Of a stretch of DNA of 33,836 nucleotides, positions 18,696 through 27,572 are shown in pieces. The notes under the pieces are model-generated. The model did not search any database. It was not told the DNA's origin and worked only from the letters and a program-made list of their open reading frames with translations. Each line of letters begins with the position of its first letter. Within the stretch, counting starts at the first letter, position 1. The DNA is from an uncultured archaeon. GTDB taxonomy: Archaea; Asgardarchaeota; Lokiarchaeia; Sigyniarchaeales; SOKP01. Both the position numbers and the translations under genes were made by a program. The stretch covers positions 1-33,836 of the forward strand of contig CAZGJX010000040.1 of the NCBI GenBank assembly GCA_964525635.1, in the 5' to 3' direction.

Positions 18696-19895
18696 TTGCT
18701 TTTATGGGAGAATTTAAAATTAAAATTTCTAAAATTGTTAAAAGTTAAAATAAATCCTTTTAATAATTTTGTAGCTACAGGCGAAATTGAAGAAATTTTA
18801 GATGTTGTTAAGTCAAGACATAATTTATTAGAATCTTTAATATCCATTATTAAAGGTAATGAAAATTTCCTTTTACCTATAGTTGGTGATATTGGTGTTG
18901 GTAAGACACATATCTTTTGGTCTCTAAAACATCATCTGAAGGAAAAATTTAATGTCATTTACATATCTTTAGATAATATTTACAAGAAATTCTTTTATAA
19001 TCTTTATTCCGAATTTATTGAGGAATTAGGAGTTTTAAATCTAAGAAAAATAACTCAAGAATTATGCAATAGATGGAGTGGACTAGAGAAAAAATATGGC
19101 TTTTTTCCCATCCCTGACATTGAAAAAGCACGGATAAATGCATTTAATGAATGGAAGGATATCTTTGATGAATCCTCATTGAAAGATATTATAAATGTAA
19201 TAACCTCTCACCAATTAGATCCTTATAACAGGATTGATGCTGAAGATTATCTGTTAGGAGAATTGATGAATGTTAGGGAATTATCTATGTTGGATGTAAA
19301 TAACGACCTAAGGGAAAAATCCAATGCTTTTACAATGTTAAAAGTGTTAATTGAAAATTCAAAATTAGGTACGATAATTTTTATTGATGATTTTGATAAA
19401 ATAATAACATTGTTGAGAGAAGAAGAAGAAATTGAAATCTTCTTTGATTCTAGTTGGTATTATGGGTCTGATGAACCCTCCGATAGCATCAATGCTAAAA
19501 ACATTTTGAAAAAAATTGTGAAATTACAGGAAATCAAAAATTTAAGAAAAATAATCACTTTAAATTCAGTTAAGAAGCTTGAAGAAATAAAAAAACTTTT
19601 TAAAACAGAAGCTAACGAACTTTTAACCAATTTTAAAGAACCATTATATTTAATGGAATTTGAAGAAGAAGATATTTATAGCTTTTATAAAAAAAGTATA
19701 AAAACATTCCTAAAATCTATAAATCAATCAGATTTTTTAGTTAATTTAAAAAATCCTTATTATCCACTAAATAAAAATATTTTAAAAAAAATATATAATA
19801 AATATGATGGGAATCCAAGAGACATTATAAAAATTCTCATAAGAATTTTTAATGATATTATATATCACAATAAAATAATTGATGATTTGAATTAA
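18696..19895 (+). CDS. P-loop ATPase (AAA+/BrxD- or Cdc6-like fold)
   Basis: Walker A IVGDIGVGKT, Walker B IIFIDDFD, late YPL...GNPRDIIK helix. N-terminus is ambiguous. Confidence 0.8.
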   Translation: MLLWENLKLKFLKLLKVKINPFNNFVATGEIEEILDVVKSRHNLLESLISIIKGNENFLLPIVGDIGVGKTHIFWSLKHHLKEKFNVIYISLDNIYKKFFYNLYSEFIEELGVLNLRKITQELCNRWSGLEKKYGFFPIPDIEKARINAFNEWKDIFDESSLKDIINVITSHQLDPYNRIDAEDYLLGELMNVRELSMLDVNNDLREKSNAFTMLKVLIENSKLGTIIFIDDFDKIITLLREEEEIEIFFDSSWYYGSDEPSDSINAKNILKKIVKLQEIKNLRKIITLNSVKKLEEIKKLFKTEANELLTNFKEPLYLMEFEEEDIYSFYKKSIKTFLKSINQSDFLVNLKNPYYPLNKNILKKIYNKYDGNPRDIIKILIRIFNDIIYHNKIIDDLN

Positions 19896-19917
19896 GAATC
19901 TAAATAGAATAAATATA

Positions 19918-20649
19918 CTAAAACACTTTTAATAAGATTTTTTGAAATGTATTTATTTCTTTTAAAAAAGATTCTTTAATATTCACTTCCCAAGATGAAT
20001 TTTCTATTATGCTTTTGAAAGACTCTAAATCTAAAATAGAATTAAAAAAAGAGACTATAATCTGTCTAAACATTCTATTATTTATTATTTTATAATAATT
20101 TTCTTCATTCAAAATTTCAAATAATTGTATTTCATTTTTTATGTTTTTTTTTAGAATTTTTTTACATAATATTGAAATTGTGTGATCTCCTATATTTAAA
20201 AGTTGTAATATATTTTTCATTAAAGCTTGTTCTATATTATCAAAGTTTAAAAATATATCTAATACATTACTTACAATAGGCAAATAACTTTCATTTAAAG
20301 AATTCAATAAAAGTGTTTTTATATTATCATTTAAATTTTGATTTTGAGAAATAAATTTTAAAGCAATAATAATTTCATTTCTAACCCAACGATCAGATAT
20401 AGCATGTTGTTCTAATAAGAAATTAATGTATTTATCTTTTATTTTTACATTAGAGGCGATTTTACCTAAAAGATATATTAAATTAATCTTTATTTTATTT
20501 AAATATTCATTAGATAATTCATCAATAAAATAATCTATAATCTTTAAAGATTCTATCTTTGGATTTTTAGACAATTGAATTATAAATTCATTAATCTCGT
20601 CTATTGATTTTAATTTTAAATTACTTTTAAATTCATTATTTGTTGACAT
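19918..20649 (-). CDS. HEAT-repeat-like helical protein
   Basis: HEAT-like units IKINLIYLLGKI, DRWVRNEIIIALKFI and LLNSLNESYLPIVSNVLDIF. Confidence 0.6.
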   Translation of the reverse strand: MSTNNEFKSNLKLKSIDEINEFIIQLSKNPKIESLKIIDYFIDELSNEYLNKIKINLIYLLGKIASNVKIKDKYINFLLEQHAISDRWVRNEIIIALKFISQNQNLNDNIKTLLLNSLNESYLPIVSNVLDIFLNFDNIEQALMKNILQLLNIGDHTISILCKKILKKNIKNEIQLFEILNEENYYKIINNRMFRQIIVSFFNSILDLESFKSIIENSSWEVNIKESFLKEINTFQKILLKVF

Positions 20650-20697
20650 ATCGTTTTATTCTTAAATTATTTAAAATTTAATCTAATCTATTCAATT

Positions 20698-21273
20698 TTA
20701 TTCTGGATAACCTATAGGGATTATATAAATGGGTGTAAGATTTTCTGGTAATTTTAATAATTTTTTTACTTCTATATCTCTAAATGCACCAATAGGAACA
20801 GAACCTAATCCTAAAGCCACAGCTTCTAAATGAATATTTTGTGCACAATGACCAACTTCAATATATACATATCTTATTCCTCTATCTCCATATCTATCAC
20901 ATGTTCTTGAATAATCTGCACAAATAATAATATTTATAGCTGCTTGATTTATAAACATCTGATTTAAGGCGGCTATAGCCAATTTATAACTTAAATCTAG
21001 TCCAATAATTTGTTCTATTTTATTTTCCTTAGAATTAAAATAGAATAATCCCTTTTTTTTATACACTAGAAAGATTTCCAAGGGATATGTTGCTCCTGCA
21101 GAAGGGACTGTTCTATTATTTAATTTAATACCTTGGGCCGCCCACAAGATTTTGGAAATCATATCTATCTCAATTTCTTTATCTTTAAACCGTCTAATAC
21201 TTTTACGATTTGTTATACATTCTTCAAGATTTATCTTACCTTTAGAATTTGGTTCGCAAAGTTTTATATCCAT
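20698..21273 (-). CDS. SagB/ThcOx-family FMN-dependent dehydrogenase (nitroreductase fold)
   Basis: RKSIRRF, ILWAAQG, RTVPSAGATYPLE, RYGDRGIRY, EVGHCAQN, LGLGSVPIGAF. Confidence 0.92.
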   Translation of the reverse strand: MDIKLCEPNSKGKINLEECITNRKSIRRFKDKEIEIDMISKILWAAQGIKLNNRTVPSAGATYPLEIFLVYKKKGLFYFNSKENKIEQIIGLDLSYKLAIAALNQMFINQAAINIIICADYSRTCDRYGDRGIRYVYIEVGHCAQNIHLEAVALGLGSVPIGAFRDIEVKKLLKLPENLTPIYIIPIGYPE

Positions 21274-21411
21274 AAAAAAACCTTAATATATATTTAAACT
21301 ATTTAAAATATGTCTACCTGATATTTATTAATTTCTTTCAATTTAATTCAAATAAAAATTATTTGGAATATAATAGATAATTTTAATTCTAAAGAGATCA
21401 TAAAAATAATC

Positions 21412-21771
21412 ATGTCAATAAATAGAGATATAAAAGAATTATTTAAGGATTGGAATGATTTAAATAATCAGGTTGGGCAATCATTTCAGGAATTTGATTT
21501 TTCTACTTTAAGAGAATTTAGAGATAAACAGAGAGAAATCGAAGATTCTATTTACTTAATTTTATTAAATTCAGCACCTCCAGAATTAAAAAAAATATTA
21601 CCTGATGAATGTGGTTCAATGGAAATAGGTTTTGATACAAAAAAAAGTATCTTTTATTTTTTAATGGAGGACCCTGAAACAATAGAGAATGAAGAGCTTC
21701 AGATTTTAGCAATTACGATTGATTCTGATAAAAATATTGAAGTTATTAAAGACTTTAAAAATGAATCATAA
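21412..21771 (+). CDS. Hypothetical acidic protein (119 aa)
   Basis: ATG-started ORF with a helical N-half and beta-rich C-half. No family recognised. Confidence 0.7.
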   Translation: MSINRDIKELFKDWNDLNNQVGQSFQEFDFSTLREFRDKQREIEDSIYLILLNSAPPELKKILPDECGSMEIGFDTKKSIFYFLMEDPETIENEELQILAITIDSDKNIEVIKDFKNES

Positions 21772-21895
21772 TAACTCTAAAATGTTTTTTAATAAATAGT
21801 ATTTTAAATAGACATTAAATAAATTCTAATTCATATTCTTCTACTTCTTTTTAATTCTTTTATACTAATAAGATTTAATTGTTTTCCTTCTTATA

Positions 21896-23563
21896 ATGCA
21901 TATACTTTGGATTTATTCTATTTATAATAATATAATAGTGATTTTTATTTCTATACCATCATCAATTAGAGAAGGTCCAAGAACCACAAATACTCTTGTG
22001 AAGAAGCGATATTTAATCATATACCTGTTAATTATGACTTTGGGAGCTCAACCCGCCATTTATTGGTTTTGGTATTATTGGGATTCATTTGATTATAAAG
22101 TTAATATTATATTTTATGTATTATTTCCTGTTGCCTTTATTATTAATATAATAATTCTATTCTTCAGTTCACTAATTTTTGCAAAATTATTTCTTATCTT
22201 TGCGAATTTCTTGCATGAACCACGAGAAGGAATATTTGATAGAGTTAAACAAGATAAAGATTATTGTTTTTGGAATATTCGGGCTGTTATTAAGAAATGG
22301 CCAATTTGGATAGCAAGACAATTATCAATTCCATACCTTGAAACCCTTACTTTAAAATTTTTCGGAGCCAAGATAAATGGAAAAGTTTCTCTACATGAGG
22401 GATGGGTAGATACGGAATTTATTGAAATTGGTAAAAATGTTAAACTAGGTCAGGGAAGTTTAATTGTATCATGTTTTATTATCCAAAATAAATTAATTAT
22501 TAAAAAAGTGGTCATTGAAGATAACGTAATTATAGGTACTCATTCTGTTGTTTTACCAGGAACAAGAATAAAATCTAATTCAGTCTTAGATGCAAATTCA
22601 ACGACAAAATTTAATCAAATTTTAAAATCAAATAGCGTATATAGAGGAGTACCTTCAATAAAAATTAGTGAAAAACCAATAATCAAAAATATCAACCAAT
22701 TTAAGAAATTAATTTTTAATGATTGTTATGAAATTGAAGATACTTCAGAGAATTTACAAGAGGAAGTTAAGCAATTAACTGTCCCTTTTTATACTTATAT
22801 TACCTCAGGATGGATAATTACGGGATTTTCGTTTCTCATTCCTGGTTTTTTATTTTTTATATATTTTTATGGAATTCTAAAACCATATTTATTAATCAAT
22901 CCCTTTATAATAAAATCAATTTTAAATATTGACATAATTTTAATTTCTATTTCTTTACCACTAGTATTAATCTCATTATACCTTATCCATCTGTTTTTTG
23001 TTGCCTTCATTACAAATATATTTTATAAATATGCAAATAGAAAAGGCTCTTATCAAGGGATTTTTGATAGAAATTTAGATATAAATGCAAAAATATTATT
23101 TTATTATCATTTTAAATCCTTTCTTTTTAAATATCCTATATTTTCTTTTATACGTTCACCATTTCCTTGGTTAATTAATTGGGAATTAAGGTTTCTTGGT
23201 TCAAATAAATTAGGTAAGGGAACTACAATTGAAGAATCATTCCTGCATAGCAATATAAATTTGGGAGATAATTGCTATTTAGGCACGTTTACTCATTTAA
23301 CAAATCATGTAGTTGATGGGGTTTATGGAAAAGATAATTTAACTATTTTTGGATGTTCTGTTGGAGACAATGTATCATTTGAAACTATTACCGGAATCTT
23401 ACCTGGATCAAAAGTTGGTAGTAATTCAGCTTTTCTACCAATAGCTTGTACTATAAAATTTGATGAATTAAAAGGCGATGGGATATATTCTGGTCTTCCA
23501 ATTAGAAGATTAAATCAAAAAGAAATAGAAGAAATATTAGGAGAAGATTTTAATGGAAAATAA
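21896..23563 (+). CDS. Membrane protein with two [TM hairpin + left-handed beta-helix acyltransferase-like] units (Pls/PosA terminal-domain-like)
   Basis: Unit 1: two TMs, EPREGIF, YCFW, LKFFGAKI, hexapeptide repeats IEIGKNVKLGQGS and VIEDNVIIGTHSVVLPG, YRGVP. Unit 2: two TMs, YQGIF, LRFLGSNKLGKGT, NLGDNCYLG, YSGLP. Confidence 0.8.
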   Translation: MHILWIYSIYNNIIVIFISIPSSIREGPRTTNTLVKKRYLIIYLLIMTLGAQPAIYWFWYYWDSFDYKVNIIFYVLFPVAFIINIIILFFSSLIFAKLFLIFANFLHEPREGIFDRVKQDKDYCFWNIRAVIKKWPIWIARQLSIPYLETLTLKFFGAKINGKVSLHEGWVDTEFIEIGKNVKLGQGSLIVSCFIIQNKLIIKKVVIEDNVIIGTHSVVLPGTRIKSNSVLDANSTTKFNQILKSNSVYRGVPSIKISEKPIIKNINQFKKLIFNDCYEIEDTSENLQEEVKQLTVPFYTYITSGWIITGFSFLIPGFLFFIYFYGILKPYLLINPFIIKSILNIDIILISISLPLVLISLYLIHLFFVAFITNIFYKYANRKGSYQGIFDRNLDINAKILFYYHFKSFLFKYPIFSFIRSPFPWLINWELRFLGSNKLGKGTTIEESFLHSNINLGDNCYLGTFTHLTNHVVDGVYGKDNLTIFGCSVGDNVSFETITGILPGSKVGSNSAFLPIACTIKFDELKGDGIYSGLPIRRLNQKEIEEILGEDFNGK

Positions 23564-24419
23564 TAAAATTAATATCTCAAAGAATGAAAATTTAAATTTA
23601 AATAATATTTCCAATTATCCAATTACTACCGGAGCTATAATTTATCCTAAATTAGCAACTCTAATATTACTTATTTTACATTCAGTATCTTTAATGCTCC
23701 CTTCAGTATTGATTATGACTTATTTTAACTTTTCTCTCTATAAAGATTTTTTTCATTGGAGAATGTTATTGTTATTTGTAGATATTTTAGCTTGGTGGAG
23801 TCTTTATTTAGTATCAAGTCTAATCTTTGGAAAGCTTTTACTTATTATTTTTAAATTAATTCATAAACCAAAAGAGGGCATTTTTAAAGTAGATTTTAAG
23901 GATAATGACTATTATTTTTATTGTTTAAGAATATCAATAAAAAAATTTATTTTTTGGATTTGGAATAATTTTTGTTTTCCATGGGTCGCTAATTTTGCTT
24001 TTAAAATATGCGATGTACGTGCTGATTTCAAGTCCACTCTTTTTGATGGATGGTCTGATGTTGAATTTATTGAATATGGTAAAAATATAATGCTTGGTCA
24101 AGCTGCTGTTGTATCCTCAAGTATTATTATTGATGATTATCTCTTAATTAAAAAAGTAAAAATTGGAGATCATGTTGTTATAGGAGGAAATTGCATTATT
24201 GCTCCTGGGACAGTTATTGGTAAAAGTTGTACCCTTGGAGCTTGTACAATAACCCATATTAATCAATATTTAGAACCAAATTGGATTTATATAGGACGAC
24301 CAGCAAAAAAATATGAGCAAATAAAGAAAATGAATTCAAATAGAAAAAAAATAACGACTAGAAGACTTGTCGATACAAAAGAAAAAATCTCTTACGATAT
24401 TAATCAAGTTAAAAAATAA
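23553..24419 (+). CDS. Membrane protein with one [TM hairpin + left-handed beta-helix] unit; paralog of the preceding gene
   Basis: Two TMs, KPKEGIF, YYFY, GWSDVEFIEYGKNIMLGQ, KIGDHVVIGGNCIIAPGTVIG, YIGRPA. Overlaps the upstream gene by 11 nt. Confidence 0.8.
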   Translation: MENNKINISKNENLNLNNISNYPITTGAIIYPKLATLILLILHSVSLMLPSVLIMTYFNFSLYKDFFHWRMLLLFVDILAWWSLYLVSSLIFGKLLLIIFKLIHKPKEGIFKVDFKDNDYYFYCLRISIKKFIFWIWNNFCFPWVANFAFKICDVRADFKSTLFDGWSDVEFIEYGKNIMLGQAAVVSSSIIIDDYLLIKKVKIGDHVVIGGNCIIAPGTVIGKSCTLGACTITHINQYLEPNWIYIGRPAKKYEQIKKMNSNRKKITTRRLVDTKEKISYDINQVKK

Positions 24420-24777
24420 TTTTAATAAAAGCTAAAAACGGGACATTATAAAAAAAATTTAAAACAAAATTGATAAATTATAATCTAAAATGTTTTGTTT
24501 TTTGCCAAAATTTTTATTATAGGTGTATTTAATTCTTTTTAAAGAAATATATATTTATAATCTAAAATATATAGAATCTGAGAATTTGAGAGAAAAACAA
24601 ATTCAAATATTAGAATTATTCCCACTTATGAAAGATTATAAAAAATTCTTATATTTTGATAATACACTTAATAATTTTATCTTAATATTATAATTTAAAA
24701 GGAAACAATATATTCAAATTATGGTATATAAAAAAGAATTTTATAAGGGATAATTAATATTTAAATAGTGAACGAAA

Positions 24778-25419
24778 ATGGCTAAGACAGAAATTAAAAA
24801 TAATGATGATTTGGACGAAGATCAAGAATATGAAATAGATTATAAGATTGAAAACGTTGTAGCAACAGTAATTGTCGAGATACAAGAGAAAATTGATCTA
24901 ACTAAGATTGCTCGTAAGCATATTGATGTAGAGTATAATCCTGAAAGATTTCCCGGCTTAGTGATGAGAATTGAAAAACCAAGAGCAACAATTCTTATCT
25001 TCTCTACAGGGAAAATGGTTGTCACTGGAATGAGAAGAGCATCTGAAGCAGATGCTGTTGTAGATAAAGCTATTAAAAAGATTAAGAAGGCGGGTATAGA
25101 AGTCGGAGAACCTGAAATAACGATACAAAATATTGTCGCTAGTGGTGACTTACATACTCATGTTGATTTAAACATGGGCGCAATTGTTATGGAATATGCA
25201 ATGTATGAACCAGAAGTATTTCCTGGATTAATTTATAGAATGCAAAATCCAAAAACTGTGTTCCTTATTTTCAGTACAGGAAAAATAGTCTGTACTGGGA
25301 CAAAAAACAAAGAAGATGTAAGAAATGCTGTTATTAAACTGAATAAAGAAGTGAGAGAACTAGATATAGCTAAAGATAAACAAAGTCAATCTGAATATCA
25401 AGATATAACTTTTATTTAA
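24778..25419 (+). CDS. tbp: TATA-box-binding protein
   Basis: Two direct repeats: IENVVAT...EYNPERFPGLVMRI...LIFSTGKMVVTG and IQNIVAS...YEPEVFPGLIYRM...LIFSTGKIVCTG. Acidic N-terminal extension. Confidence 0.98.
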   Translation: MAKTEIKNNDDLDEDQEYEIDYKIENVVATVIVEIQEKIDLTKIARKHIDVEYNPERFPGLVMRIEKPRATILIFSTGKMVVTGMRRASEADAVVDKAIKKIKKAGIEVGEPEITIQNIVASGDLHTHVDLNMGAIVMEYAMYEPEVFPGLIYRMQNPKTVFLIFSTGKIVCTGTKNKEDVRNAVIKLNKEVRELDIAKDKQSQSEYQDITFI

Positions 25420-25751
25420 TATTAAAGTTATCATATTGGTATATATGAATTAAAAAAAATTAAAATAAAAATCTTAAAATTTTTCTATTCATTAATCTCC
25501 TATTTTTTTCTTATTTTTTTTTTATTAATAAACTATTTATATTGCCATAAGTAATTTCTCATAACTATAACATGCTTGAATTTCCATAGATTTTCTTTTA
25601 AATTTACTAACAAATTTTGTAATGATCCTCTGGAATTTTTAAATAATTTATTACTTGAGAAAAAACCTATGTCATTATAAATAATAAAATTTAATATTTT
25701 TTTTATCAACTTTAATAAAGTAATAAGATAAAATCTATAATTATAATATGT

Positions 25752-26339
25752 TTGGTGTTTAAAATTTATAAATTAAATGAACTTACCATTCCATATATTA
25801 AGAAATTAGCAAAAGAATGTAATATTGAATTAAAAAAAGGAAAGAAGGCATATTTAATAAAACAAATAAACAATTTTAAAATTCCAGAGGAAAAACTCAG
25901 TAAATTAATTGAAAAATTAATAAAAGAAAAAAAAACCACATTAAAACCAAATTCGGCTATTTTATCATTTGAAACAAGAATTAAAAATCTAGAAGACCAA
26001 ATGGCTCAAATAATTATTATAATAAATAATATGAATGAAAATCATTGGATTAATAATTCAACATCTGAAAAACCTTTTTTTAAAGATATTTTTATCGAAA
26101 ATAAAAAAGAAATCAATTCCATTGAGGATATTAAAAATTTTATACAAATTATTTTAAAAATAGGTGATTCAATAACAATTGATAAACTAATTAAGGTTAA
26201 AGAATTGCAAAATGTATCTCTAAGTTTATTAAAAGATTCTATTAAAGAATTAATCGAAAATAAAGTTTTAGAAGCTTTTGATGGTGTATCGACTCAGAAA
26301 ATTAATGGATATATTGGAAAATTAATAAGAAAAAAATAA
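25752..26339 (+). CDS. Putative nucleic-acid-binding protein: HeH (Rho-N/SAP/LEM-like) domain, coiled coil, C-terminal winged-helix-like domain
   Basis: LNELTIPYIKKLAKECNI...KKAYLIKQI; FETRIKNLEDQM; GDSITIDKL...LKDSIKELIENKVL. Confidence 0.55.
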   Translation: MVFKIYKLNELTIPYIKKLAKECNIELKKGKKAYLIKQINNFKIPEEKLSKLIEKLIKEKKTTLKPNSAILSFETRIKNLEDQMAQIIIIINNMNENHWINNSTSEKPFFKDIFIENKKEINSIEDIKNFIQIILKIGDSITIDKLIKVKELQNVSLSLLKDSIKELIENKVLEAFDGVSTQKINGYIGKLIRKK

Positions 26340-26422
26340 AAATCATTTTTAATTTTTAATAATTTGACTTAAAGTTATAATTAATTAATTCTATAATTAA
26401 GACTTCAATAATATGAGTAAAA

Positions 26423-27157
26423 TTGATTTTTAAAATAATATCCTTTGATTTATTTAATACACTTGTATATCTTAATGGCGGTGAAACAAGTAGAAAAAAA
26501 ATATTATATTCTGCTTACAAATCATTTAATAAATATTATCCTCAGACAAAATTTCTCAACTTTTATAAAGTATACATGGAAGCATGGAAAGATCATTTGA
26601 AAATAAAACCACCTTATTTAGAAAAAAAACATGTAAAATTAATGGCTTGTGTTCTAAAAAAAATTATTATCGGTATAAAATCAGAAGATCTAAATTTAAT
26701 GGCTAAAAAAGCAACAAAAAAATATTTCTATGAAATAATCAATTATATAAAATTATATCCTTATGTAAAAGATATCTTGTCCGATTTATCAAATAAATAT
26801 CCGTTAGTTTTAATTTCTGATCATTCTTATGCTAAAAATGGATACGATGTTTTGAAAAAATTTGAATTAAATAGATTTTTTGATAAAATTATCTTTTCTG
26901 AAGAAATTGGCTATAGAAAACCATCAAAAATAATCTTTAATGAAGCCTTTCAAGGTTATTCATTATTAGATAAAAGACATATATTACACATAGGAGATAT
27001 GTATCAAAATGATGTTATAGGAATTACGGAGTTTGGAGGAAATGCAGTTTGGATACAACATAAGAAAAATATTGATGAAAATATTAAACCTTATGATAAA
27101 AAAAAGATTTTTGGCATTATTAATAAATTAGAAGATATCTATCATTATATTAATTAA
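26423..27157 (+). CDS. HAD-superfamily hydrolase, subfamily IA
   Basis: ISFDLFNTL, LISD, YRKPSKIIF, HIGDMYQNDVIG. Confidence 0.92.
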   Translation: MIFKIISFDLFNTLVYLNGGETSRKKILYSAYKSFNKYYPQTKFLNFYKVYMEAWKDHLKIKPPYLEKKHVKLMACVLKKIIIGIKSEDLNLMAKKATKKYFYEIINYIKLYPYVKDILSDLSNKYPLVLISDHSYAKNGYDVLKKFELNRFFDKIIFSEEIGYRKPSKIIFNEAFQGYSLLDKRHILHIGDMYQNDVIGITEFGGNAVWIQHKKNIDENIKPYDKKKIFGIINKLEDIYHYIN

Positions 27158-27572
27158 TAATAATTTTTTATTTTTAAGATGAATAAAATATTACTTTTTT
27201 TTATTAACCATATTTAATTAATCTCATATATTAAGAATTATGAATGAATTCTTTTTGGGATAATAAGCATACTTGTTTTGATTCTACTTTTATTTATCTC
27301 TGCTCCTTATGGGAAGTTCAAATTATCATCATTAATATAAAAGTAATCTTACTAACAATAATATATCTCTTTATCCTATAAGATACTTATATAAATATGA
27401 TTATAATATTATTAAAATAAGAATTTTAAAATAAAATTAGATTCAGTAATTTATATTTATTTTTAAAAATAATTATATATATAATGCTAAAAGGATAATT
27501 ATCTATCTTTTCTCTAATATTAAATATCTTATAGGGAAGGTTTTCATTACAAATAATCAGGAATAATCAAAT

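Noticed and set aside
20698-21771. SagB-like gene as part of a RiPP (azole peptide) cluster
   Set aside because: No YcaO cyclodehydratase or Cys/Ser-rich precursor nearby; stand-alone SagB-like nitroreductases are common in archaea.
24840-25025. 61-aa minus-strand ORF
   Set aside because: Antisense shadow within tbp.
27300-27545. Similar motifs CTTATGGGAAG and CTTATAGGGAAG upstream of the kinase
   Set aside because: Only two imperfect short copies about 220 nt apart; cannot be distinguished from chance.
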